From the NCBI RefSeq assembly GCF_965227365.1, contig NZ_OZ245754.1, forward strand, positions 2,462,777-2,526,776: DNA of 64,000 nt, in the 5' to 3' direction. Shown here piece after piece: positions 11,097 through 19,322 of this stretch (within the stretch, counting starts at the first letter, position 1; each line of letters opens with the position of its first letter). The position numbers were made by a program, and so were the translations under genes. The DNA is from Hwanghaeella sp. GTDB lineage: Bacteria; Pseudomonadota; Alphaproteobacteria; UBA8366; Aestuariispiraceae. The notes under the pieces are model-generated. The model worked only from the letters and a program-made list of their open reading frames with translations, had not been told where the DNA came from and ran no database searches.

Positions 11097-12254
11097 TTAC
11101 GCCACCCGGTATCGCTCCAAGGCCTCCCAGTTCACGGTGACGCCCAGGCCGGGGCGCATGGGCGGCTTCGCCTTTCCGTCCTGTCGTTTGACCTGCCCGA
11201 AGATATCCAGCGGTTCCTCCAGGATTTCGTCGCGGAAATGGCTGATCGTCGAATCGAATTCCAGCATCGGACTTTGCGGGAACAATCCGCCCGGCAGGTC
11301 CTGCTGGGCGCACAACAGGTGCAGTGTCATCGCCACGCTGACGTCGGATCCCCAGCAATGGTTCATGCAGGGTACGAAATGCGTATGCGCCAGCGCCAAT
11401 ACGTTCAGATATTCCGTGATCCCGCCCAAGCCGCAGACTTCCGGCTGAACGATATCGACGCAGCGCTTCTCGATCAGGTCGCGGAAACCCCAGCGCGTGA
11501 ACTCCGCCTCCCCGCCCGAGACCGGCGTCTTCAGGGCCTGGCACAGATCGCGATAGCCCTGATGGTCCTCATTGGCGACCGGTTCCTCGAACCAGGCGAT
11601 GTCCATCTCGTCCATCGCCGCCCCGACATACATCGCGTCCTTGAAGGCATAGGCATGGTTCGCGTCGACGCCGAGGCCCATCTCCTCGGGGATGGCATTG
11701 CGGACGGCCTCTATCAGTTTGACGTCCTTCTTCGGCCCCATGCCGATCTTCATCTTGGTGCATTTGAAACCCATATCGGCAATAGCGGCGGCTTCATCGG
11801 CGAAGGAGGCCTCAAGGTCCTCCTCCTCCCGCAGCATCATGCCGTATCCATAGACCGTGACCTCTTCCCGGCAGGGGCCGCCGAGCAGCTTCACCAGCGG
11901 CAGGCCCGTCGCCTGACCGGCGATGTCCCACAAGGCGATGTCGATCGCCGATTGCGCCTGCAGCGGCATGCCCTTCTGGCCGTGATCGCGCAACGCATTG
12001 TAGACTTTGTGCCAAAGATACTGCCGGGCGAGCGGATCTTCGCCCAGCAACATGGGTTGGATCACCTGTTCAACGATCGCCTTGTTGCCGAGCGCGACAT
12101 TGCCCGCGCCGAAGACCTCACCGACGCCGACCAGGCCTTCATCGGTTTCCACGCGCACCAAATGACAGGACCGGCGTGTGAACCAGGCCTGGCTGTAGCC
12201 CATCTTTGGCATGTCGTGGCCGTATACACGGCTTTCGATTTTGGTGATCTTCAC
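11097..12254 (-). CDS. enolase-superfamily enzyme (mandelate racemase/muconate lactonizing family), specificity unknown
   Basis: 385 aa. KxK (TKMKIG), metal ligands VDAN / FEEP / SGGE, and DIVQPE...NHCWGS (Asp-His dyad positions). Confidence 0.85.
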   Translation of the reverse strand: MKITKIESRVYGHDMPKMGYSQAWFTRRSCHLVRVETDEGLVGVGEVFGAGNVALGNKAIVEQVIQPMLLGEDPLARQYLWHKVYNALRDHGQKGMPLQAQSAIDIALWDIAGQATGLPLVKLLGGPCREEVTVYGYGMMLREEEDLEASFADEAAAIADMGFKCTKMKIGMGPKKDVKLIEAVRNAIPEEMGLGVDANHAYAFKDAMYVGAAMDEMDIAWFEEPVANEDHQGYRDLCQALKTPVSGGEAEFTRWGFRDLIEKRCVDIVQPEVCGLGGITEYLNVLALAHTHFVPCMNHCWGSDVSVAMTLHLLCAQQDLPGGLFPQSPMLEFDSTISHFRDEILEEPLDIFGQVKRQDGKAKPPMRPGLGVTVNWEALERYRVA

Positions 12255-12311
12255 CTGTCCGCCTCCCCTTCTCTTTTCTTGCTATCGGTCGGCGGAACGG
12301 TTGGATGTTCC

Positions 12312-13562
12312 CTAGCCGGCCTTGCGCGCAGCCTTGACCAATTCCTTCAGGGCGAGCCCCTCGTCCCCCGCTTCCGCCTGCGTCAGGGCATAGCCCGCAT
12401 CCAGCAAGCGGCGACTGGCGATATGGTTGGACGGCTGGTTCACGGTGTCGGTCCCCAGCCATTTGTCGCCCTTGAAGTAGAACACCGAGAATTCCCCCGC
12501 CGCAACATCGCCGCGGATGATCTCCTTGTCATACCCGGCGGTGATGCCGGTCATCTGAAGTTTCAGGTCGAACTGATCGGACCAGAACCAGGGCGCGGCG
12601 TCATACGGTTTCTTTTCTCCGGCCACAGTGGCGCCGGCCGTTCGCGCCTGATCGGTCGCGTTCTGCACGGATTCAAGGCGCAGCGGCCCATCGTAGAAGC
12701 GGCCTTCGAACTGGGCGCAATCCCCCACGGCAAGGATATCCGGGTCGTTGGTCTGGGTGAATTGATCGACGATGATTCCGTTGGCGCAATCGATCCCGGC
12801 CTCGGCCGCGATTTCCTGATTCGGCAATACGCCGATCCCGACGATCACAAGATCCGCCGCAAGAACTTCCCCGCCGCCAAGCACGACACCGGTGACATGA
12901 CCGTTCTCGCCGGCAAGGCTTTCGACCCCGGTCGACAGACGCAAATCGATTCCCTGTTCGCGGTGATGGTCGGCGAAATAACCGCTGACCGTCTTCCCGA
13001 CGCCGCGCGCCATGAGACGGTCGGCCAGCTCGACAACGGCAACGTCGCGCCCCATGGTCTTCAGGGCGGCGGCGCCTTCCAGGCCGATGAACCCGCCGCC
13101 GATGACGACGACCGATTTCACCCGATCCAGTTCGGCCATGATCGCATCGATATCGGACAGCGTTCGAATATAGTGAACACCGCCGAGTTCCGCGCCGGGA
13201 ACGGTGAGCGGACGGACCCGGGTGCCGGTTGCGATCACCAGCTTCCGATATGGCAGGACCGTCCCGTTGTCGCAGGTGACCGTGTGCCCTGCCCGGTCGA
13301 TCGTGGTGGCGGCGACACCGAGCCGCATATCAATGCCCTGATCTTCATAGAAACCGGCCGGACGGAAAAGCAGCGCTTCGCGCGGCTGCTTGCCCATCAG
13401 ATAGGCTTTCGACAAGGGCGGGCGTTGATAGGGCAGTTCGCGTTCGTCGCTCAGCACCGTGATCGGGCCTTCGAAACCGGCGCCACGCGCTGCGATCGCC
13501 ACTTGGTGTCCGGCATGGGACCCGCCGATGACGACAAGGCCCGCTGTTTCGTCCGCCGCCAT
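12312..13562 (-). CDS. FAD/NAD(P)H-dependent ferredoxin reductase (putidaredoxin-reductase-like)
   Basis: 416 aa. Two Rossmann motifs (VVIGGSHAGHQ, VVVIGGGFIGLE) and a reductase C-terminal domain. Confidence 0.85.
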   Translation of the reverse strand: MAADETAGLVVIGGSHAGHQVAIAARGAGFEGPITVLSDERELPYQRPPLSKAYLMGKQPREALLFRPAGFYEDQGIDMRLGVAATTIDRAGHTVTCDNGTVLPYRKLVIATGTRVRPLTVPGAELGGVHYIRTLSDIDAIMAELDRVKSVVVIGGGFIGLEGAAALKTMGRDVAVVELADRLMARGVGKTVSGYFADHHREQGIDLRLSTGVESLAGENGHVTGVVLGGGEVLAADLVIVGIGVLPNQEIAAEAGIDCANGIIVDQFTQTNDPDILAVGDCAQFEGRFYDGPLRLESVQNATDQARTAGATVAGEKKPYDAAPWFWSDQFDLKLQMTGITAGYDKEIIRGDVAAGEFSVFYFKGDKWLGTDTVNQPSNHIASRRLLDAGYALTQAEAGDEGLALKELVKAARKAG

Positions 13563-13885
13563 CAGATCTGGGTTTCCGGCATTTCGACGACGATTCCGTC
13601 CAGCGCGTCGCTCATCTCGATCTGGCAGCTGAGGCGGCTATTCGGCTTCCGCTCGGCAGCCGTATCATCCAGCATCTCGTCTTCCAGCACCTGCACTTTC
13701 GGGAGCTTGTCGAGCCAGGCTTCGTCCACATAAACGTGGCACGTAGCGCACATGCAGGACCCGCCGCATTCCGCCTCGATGCCTTCGACGCCATTCGTCA
13801 ACGCCCCCAGCATCAAACTGGTCCCTGCCCGGACATCAACCGTTTCCTCGGACCCGTCATGTTGCCTGTAGATAACCTTGGGCAT
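13562..13885 (-). CDS. 2Fe-2S ferredoxin (adrenodoxin/putidaredoxin type)
   Basis: 107 aa. Cys ligand pattern [12 protein letters not shown] plus a distal LSCQI. 1-bp overlap with the reductase gene. Confidence 0.9.
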   Translation of the reverse strand: MPKVIYRQHDGSEETVDVRAGTSLMLGALTNGVEGIEAECGGSCMCATCHVYVDEAWLDKLPKVQVLEDEMLDDTAAERKPNSRLSCQIEMSDALDGIVVEMPETQI

Positions 13886-14008
13886 CGCCTTATCCCCTGA
13901 TCAAAAGAAACTCAGTTCGGTTCGCTAACAAATCGCGGCGCGAAGGGCAATTACTCCGTGGCGTCATCCGGGTTCCAGGACCTGTTCCCGCATGTCAGGG
14001 AACGAAAC

Positions 14009-15241
14009 TCAGTCGAGCGCGGTGAGAACGGATTCGAACTGCTCCAGGCACCAGTCGACCTGCCCGCGGTCGATCACCAATGGCGGTGCGATGCGGATCG
14101 AATGCTCATGCGTGTCCTTGCAGAGGATTCCCTTGTCCTTCAAAGCCTCGCAATAGCGCCGCGCGCCGCCAGCTTCCGGATCCAGTTCGACGGCGATCAT
14201 CAATCCGCGGCCGCGTACCTCACGCACCGCATTGGCGCGAATGCCTTCCAGGCTTTCCTTGAGATAGGCCCCCTGCTTGGCGGAGTTCTCGATCATTCCC
14301 TCCTCGACAAGGACCCGCATGGCGGTGCGCGCAATGGCGCAGGCCAACGGGTTGCCGCCGAAGGTGGACCCGTGCTGCCCAGGCTGCAAAACGCCGAGGA
14401 CGTCACTGTTAGAGAGTACGGCCGAGACCGGATAGAACCCACCCGACAGGGCCTTCCCGACCAAGGTCACATCCGCCACAATCCCCTCATGCTCTTCGGC
14501 GAGCAGTTTGCCGGTCCGACCCAGGCCCGTCTGAATTTCATCGAGGATCAGCGTGATGTTGCGTTCGGTGCAGATCTCGCGGACCTGCCGCAGGTAACCC
14601 TCGGGCGGGATGATGACGCCGGCTTCGCCCTGGATCGGTTCGACCAGGAAGGCGACGGTATTGTCTGTGATCGCCGCCTTGAACGCCTCGATGTCTCCGA
14701 ACGCGGCGACCCTGAAGCCGGGCGCAAAGGGACCGAATCCGCCGCGAGCCACGGGATCGGTGGAAAACCCGACCACCCCCAGCGTACGGCCGTGGAAATT
14801 GTTTGAGCAGACGATAATCTCCGCCTTGTCCTCGGGCACGCCCTTTACTTCATAGCCCCATTTCCGGACCGCCTTGATGGCGCTTTCCACCGCTTCCGCA
14901 CCGGAATTCATCGGCAGAACCTTGTGGGACCCGGTCAGTTCCGCGATTTCCTCGTAAAAAGGCGCCAGTTGATCGTTCCGGAAGGCGCGCGAGGTCAGCG
15001 TCAGCTTTCCGGCCTGTTCGACCATGGTTTCCAGAATCTTCGGATGGCAGTGGCCCTGGTTCACCGCCGAATAGGCGGACAGGCAATCCAGATACCGGTT
15101 ACCGTCCACGTCCCACAGATACACCCCTTCGCCGCGGCTGAGCACGACATCGATCGGCTTGTAGTTATGCGCGCCGAGAAGCTTTTCCGTCCGGATCAAT
15201 TGGTCTGCGACGCCGGTTTCCTGCATGGCTGCGGAAGGCAT
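14009..15241 (-). CDS. rocD: ornithine--oxo-acid aminotransferase
   Basis: 410 aa class-III aminotransferase. OAT-like [14 protein letters not shown] (PLP Lys). Adjacent to the arginase gene. Confidence 0.87.
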   Translation of the reverse strand: MPSAAMQETGVADQLIRTEKLLGAHNYKPIDVVLSRGEGVYLWDVDGNRYLDCLSAYSAVNQGHCHPKILETMVEQAGKLTLTSRAFRNDQLAPFYEEIAELTGSHKVLPMNSGAEAVESAIKAVRKWGYEVKGVPEDKAEIIVCSNNFHGRTLGVVGFSTDPVARGGFGPFAPGFRVAAFGDIEAFKAAITDNTVAFLVEPIQGEAGVIIPPEGYLRQVREICTERNITLILDEIQTGLGRTGKLLAEEHEGIVADVTLVGKALSGGFYPVSAVLSNSDVLGVLQPGQHGSTFGGNPLACAIARTAMRVLVEEGMIENSAKQGAYLKESLEGIRANAVREVRGRGLMIAVELDPEAGGARRYCEALKDKGILCKDTHEHSIRIAPPLVIDRGQVDWCLEQFESVLTALD

Positions 15242-15285
15242 GATACTCTCCTACTCTGACTGAATTTACCGCGCGTTTGGATCGA

Positions 15286-16260
15286 TCAGGCCGCGTAGGT
15301 CCAATCTGGGCCCTGCATGCGGTTAACGTCCTGCGGGGCGCGGTCGATGATCTTCTTGCCGAACAAACTGGTGACCAGATCGACGAGCAGAAGAGAGGTC
15401 TTCCCACGCTCGTCCAGGAAGGGGTTCAACTCCGCCAGATCCATCGAGGTGACCAATTCGGAATCGCTCAGCATCTCCATGATCAGATGCGCTTCGCGAT
15501 AGGTCGCGCCGCCCGGCACGGTGGTACCGACCGCCGGCGCGATCGAAGGATCGAGAAAATCGACATCCAGGCTGACATGCAGCATGGCGTCGCGCATCTC
15601 CACCTCTTCCAAGATACCGCCGATCAGATAGGAAACCCCCTTCTCGTCGATCAGGCGCATATCCATCACCGATACGCCGCGGCGGGACAGCAACTGCCGT
15701 TCCATCCGGTCGACCGAGCGGATGCCGAACAGATGAAAATCGGCGGGCGCGACGCCCACCCGGTCCATACCCTCGAAGACGAATTCCATGCCCGGCTCGC
15801 CGCACAGGCCGGCGACCGGCATGCCGTGAATGTTCCCGCTGGGTGTGGTTTCGGGCGTGTTGTAATCGGAATGCGCATCGAGCCACAGAACGACAAGATC
15901 GCGTTCCTGATCGCGCGCACGCCGCGCCATCGCATTGATCGTCCCCAGGGCCATGCTGTGATCCCCGCCCATGAAGATCGGGAATTTGTTTCCTTGCGAG
16001 ATTTCATAGGCTTTCGCGTCGGCGGCCCTGGACCAGGCCGTAACCTCGAGGGTTCGGTTCGGCTGCGGCGCGATGACGACATCGCCCGCATCCTCGACCT
16101 GATGTCCCAGGTCCCGCAGCGATTCGGCCAGCCCGGCGGTACGCAGCGCCGCCGGCCCCATCGCGCAACCGCGCAACTGCGTGCCCGCCTGAATGGGCAG
16201 ACCGAGCAGCACGATGTCCGCTGCGCTCTGTTCCGCCCCGGATTGGATGTCGGCTGTCAT
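15286..16260 (-). CDS. rocF: arginase (ureohydrolase family)
   Basis: ATG at 16260 (MTADIQSG...). Motifs GGDHSMALG, WLDAHSDYNTP, SGNIHGMP and SLDVDFLDP. The longer ORF to 16605 overlaps the lrp gene and is rejected. Confidence 0.85.
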   Translation of the reverse strand: MTADIQSGAEQSAADIVLLGLPIQAGTQLRGCAMGPAALRTAGLAESLRDLGHQVEDAGDVVIAPQPNRTLEVTAWSRAADAKAYEISQGNKFPIFMGGDHSMALGTINAMARRARDQERDLVVLWLDAHSDYNTPETTPSGNIHGMPVAGLCGEPGMEFVFEGMDRVGVAPADFHLFGIRSVDRMERQLLSRRGVSVMDMRLIDEKGVSYLIGGILEEVEMRDAMLHVSLDVDFLDPSIAPAVGTTVPGGATYREAHLIMEMLSDSELVTSMDLAELNPFLDERGKTSLLLVDLVTSLFGKKIIDRAPQDVNRMQGPDWTYAA

Positions 16261-16277
16261 GGGTATTTCCTCTCGGC

Positions 16278-16294
16278 AATGCTCATACAGCATT
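16278..16294. promoter_or_regulatory. inverted repeat AATGCT-N5-AGCATT in the arginase/lrp divergent region (candidate operator)
   Basis: Perfect 6-bp arms inside the AT-rich 127-bp intergenic region. Confidence 0.3.
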
Positions 16295-16387
16295 TGTACG
16301 ACAGGGATATGACGGCATATAGTCGGATAATTGTGCATTTTTTCTATCAAACTGACCAAATTGACGATCAATAATAGGCATATTGGC

Positions 16388-16810
16388 ATGGATGATCTGG
16401 ACAACGCCTTGATATCGCTCTTGCGCGCGGATGCCCGCAGTCCCGTCTCCAGCTTGGCGCAGCGCCTGAACGTATCGCGCGCGACGGTAAAGGCGCGGAT
16501 CGACAGATTGGTCGAAACGGGCGTGATCCAGGGCTTCACGATTACGACCGGGACCGAGGCGCCGAGCGGCGTGCGCTCGATCATGATGGTCGAGGTCGAG
16601 GGCAAGGCGGCGGAAACCGTGTTGCGGCGGTTGCGCGGTATTCCGGAGGTCAGGACGATCTATGCGACCAACGGGCGTTGGGACATCGTCGCGGAACTGG
16701 AAACGGCGAATCTTGCCGATTTCGACGAAGTACTTCGGCGCATCCGCCTGATTGACGGAATCGCCGCAACGGAGACCAGTATTCTCCTCGCTTCGCACAA
16801 ACGGACTTGA
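16388..16810 (+). CDS. Lrp/AsnC family transcriptional regulator
   Basis: ATG 16388 (MDDLDNALISLLRADARSPVSSLAQRLNVSRATV). HTH plus a RAM/ACT-like C-terminal domain. Confidence 0.85.
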   Translation: MDDLDNALISLLRADARSPVSSLAQRLNVSRATVKARIDRLVETGVIQGFTITTGTEAPSGVRSIMMVEVEGKAAETVLRRLRGIPEVRTIYATNGRWDIVAELETANLADFDEVLRRIRLIDGIAATETSILLASHKRT

Positions 16811-16899
16811 TGCCACGAATAAGAACAATCCGGTTGGGCACGGCCCTTGGCGGCGTGTAGGCTGACCGACCGAGACAACACCTTCTATTTCGACAGGAT

Positions 16900-18222
16900 T
16901 TGCCCGTGACTAGACTGACGCGCCGCGGCTGGGTGCCGGCGGAAACAGAGGATTTCGTGATCGCTGTGGCCTCCGAGGCGGCTGTGCTCGACGCAGATGC
17001 GCAGGAAGCCGAAATCGACCGGTTGGTCGCCTGGAACCGCGACATCCATGACCGTGACTGCATCAACCTGAATCCGGCCACCAATGTCATGAACCCGAAA
17101 GCGGAAGCCGTCTTGTCCTCGGGCATCGGCTCCCGCCCCTCGCTCGGCTATCCCGGCGACAAATACGAGATGGGCCTCGAAGCGATCGAACGGATAGAGG
17201 TCATCGCCGCCGAAATCGCCGCAGAGGTTTTCAACGCCGGTTTCGCGGAGATCCGAGTTGCCTCCGGCGCGCTGTCGAACCTCTACGCTTTCATGGCGAC
17301 CTGCGCGCCGGGTGACGACATCATCGTTCCTGCCGCCGTCATCGGCGGTCATGTCACTCATCACGCGCCCGGGGCCGCGGGTCTTTACGGCCTGAACATC
17401 CATGCCGCGCCCGTCGATCCCGCGCGTTACACGGTCGATCTGGACGCGCTAGGACGTTTGGCACGACAGGTCCGTCCCAAGCTGATCACGATCGGCGGCA
17501 GTTTGAACCTGCATCCGCATCCGGTCGCCGAGATCCGGGCCATCTGCGACGAGGTCGGGGCTTACCTGTTGTTCGACGCGGCGCATCTTTGCGGCATGAT
17601 CGCCGGCAAGGCATGGCCCAATCCATTGGATGAAGGCGCGCATCTGATGACGATGAGCACCTATAAGAGCCTGGGCGGCCCGGCCGGCGGCCTGATCGTC
17701 ACGAACGACGCGGTACTGGCGGAACGCTTGGACAAGATCGCCTTTCCCGGTCTGACGGCGAATTTCGACGCCGCGAAATCGGCCGCGCTCGCCCTCTCCC
17801 TGCTGGATTGGAAGCAATTTGGCGAGGCCTATGCCGAAACCATGGTCGACACCGCGGCCGCCCTTGCAGCCGCGTTGCAGAAACGCGGCCTGCCAGTCTT
17901 CACCGCGGGTAATCAAGCAACAGCCTCCCACCAGTTCGCCATCGAAGCGGCAGCTTTCGGCGGCGGCCAGGCCGCGGCCAAGAAATTGCGCCAGGCCAAT
18001 ATCCTGACCTGCGGAATTGGCCTGCCCATAGACCCGGTGCCCGGCGACATGAACGGGTTGCGCTTCGGCACGCCGGAAATCGTTCGCTGGGGCATGACGG
18101 TCGCGGATATGGATCCGCTGGCCGATCTTATCAAACGCGGGTTGGAAGATCCTGCGGCCACCGTCGACGACGCGACGGCCTTCCGCCATCGCTTTCAGGA
18201 TCTGCATTACATTAGAAAATAG
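16900..18222 (+). CDS. serine hydroxymethyltransferase-family PLP enzyme (divergent paralogue)
   Basis: 440 aa with SHMT fold-type I pattern. PLP-Lys motif is MSTYKSLGGPAGG (canonical TTTHKTLxGPRGG). Start is uncertain (TTG 16900 or GTG 16906). Confidence 0.72.
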   Translation: MPVTRLTRRGWVPAETEDFVIAVASEAAVLDADAQEAEIDRLVAWNRDIHDRDCINLNPATNVMNPKAEAVLSSGIGSRPSLGYPGDKYEMGLEAIERIEVIAAEIAAEVFNAGFAEIRVASGALSNLYAFMATCAPGDDIIVPAAVIGGHVTHHAPGAAGLYGLNIHAAPVDPARYTVDLDALGRLARQVRPKLITIGGSLNLHPHPVAEIRAICDEVGAYLLFDAAHLCGMIAGKAWPNPLDEGAHLMTMSTYKSLGGPAGGLIVTNDAVLAERLDKIAFPGLTANFDAAKSAALALSLLDWKQFGEAYAETMVDTAAALAAALQKRGLPVFTAGNQATASHQFAIEAAAFGGGQAAAKKLRQANILTCGIGLPIDPVPGDMNGLRFGTPEIVRWGMTVADMDPLADLIKRGLEDPAATVDDATAFRHRFQDLHYIRK

Positions 18223-18302
18223 CGAAAAGAGTCTCCGGCCGCCTTTGCCCGTCGGAAGAAATCGTTATCCTGGCCGCACTGGCATCACAGTGGACGGGTG
18301 GG

Positions 18303-18749
18303 ATGAACCATCAGCAGGTCTTGAAATCGGCTTTGGCGGGATTGCCGGCGGAAAAAGCCGGCTATTTCGTCGAACTCGGGGCTTTCATCGACGAGACCCC
18401 GGCTTTCGAGGAATACAAGCATTGGATGTTCCTGCTGCTCGCCAAAGGCTGCGAACTGATCCCGCCGGTGCTTGAAAAGAAGGTAATGGCCGCCGAACTG
18501 TCAGGTTTCGTTCGACAGCGCATCATGCGCATTCAGCAGGCCGCCTATAGCCGTGACTACATCCTTAGCAACGGCGCTCCGATCGCCGAAATCGCGACGG
18601 AATTCGCCAGCATGGTCTCGGAGACCGCACTGAAGGCCTATTCAGAAGGAAAGCTGAAGAGCGACGAGCCGGAGGTCATCGTCTATCGCTGGCCCTACGA
18701 CGATGTCGACGCATTCCCCTATGAGGACCTGGACGACCTCGACGACTGA
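18303..18749 (+). CDS. hypothetical protein with an acidic C-terminal tail
   Basis: 148-aa ORF with gene-like codon usage and SD-like GGGTGGG before the ATG. No family recognised. Confidence 0.45.
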   Translation: MNHQQVLKSALAGLPAEKAGYFVELGAFIDETPAFEEYKHWMFLLLAKGCELIPPVLEKKVMAAELSGFVRQRIMRIQQAAYSRDYILSNGAPIAEIATEFASMVSETALKAYSEGKLKSDEPEVIVYRWPYDDVDAFPYEDLDDLDD

Positions 18750-18788
18750 ACCCCGTGCATACGGACGATCGATACAAAGTGAAGAGCA

Positions 18789-19229
18789 CTAGAGCTGGAT
18801 CAATCCCTCGGTCACCAAAGCCAGGAATATGTATCGGCCGAACTTGGCGATGGTGACGATGATTACGAAATCCAGAAGCCTTTCACGCATCAATCCCGCG
18901 ACAATGGTCAGCGGGTCGCCGATGAAGGGCGCCCAACTCATCAGCAGCGACCATTTGCCATAGCGGTGGTACCAATGCTGGGCGCGGTCCAGGGCCTTCT
19001 GTTTGGCGGGGAACCAGGGCCGGTCCCGAAACCGTTCTATCCAGGTCCCCAGAAACCAGTTCACGACGGCACCGAGCGTGTTGCCGACCCCTGCGACGAG
19101 CACCAGGAGCCACGGCACATAGTCTGCCGCCTGCATGCCGACAAAGACGATCTCGGACTGGATAGGCAGGACGGTCGCCGCCCCAAAGGCAGAAAGAAAG
19201 AGACCGCCATACGCCAGTATTTCATTCAT
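18789..19229 (-). CDS. YqaA/DedA-related small membrane protein
   Basis: 146 aa with 4 TM helices. YqaA-like pattern (GNTLGAVVNWFLG...YGKWSLLMSWAPFIGDPLT). Confidence 0.7.
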   Translation of the reverse strand: MNEILAYGGLFLSAFGAATVLPIQSEIVFVGMQAADYVPWLLVLVAGVGNTLGAVVNWFLGTWIERFRDRPWFPAKQKALDRAQHWYHRYGKWSLLMSWAPFIGDPLTIVAGLMRERLLDFVIIVTIAKFGRYIFLALVTEGLIQL

Positions 19230-19322
19230 GACGCAGGCATTCCGATCCGCTCAACCGTGTTCCGACGCGATGTGCCGGGACGCTATCGCCCGGGCCTGCG
19301 TCGCGCAAGGGATGCTTTGCCC

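Noticed and set aside
10911-13733. 940-aa ORF on the plus strand
   Set aside because: It lies entirely antisense to the enolase-family, ferredoxin-reductase and ferredoxin genes. The translation is low-complexity and R/G/D/H-rich with no motifs. This is the typical shadow ORF of a high-GC genome.
16261-16605. 115-codon N-terminal extension of the arginase ORF
   Set aside because: The extension overlaps the lrp gene and the AT-rich promoter region. Arginase homology begins after ATG 16260.
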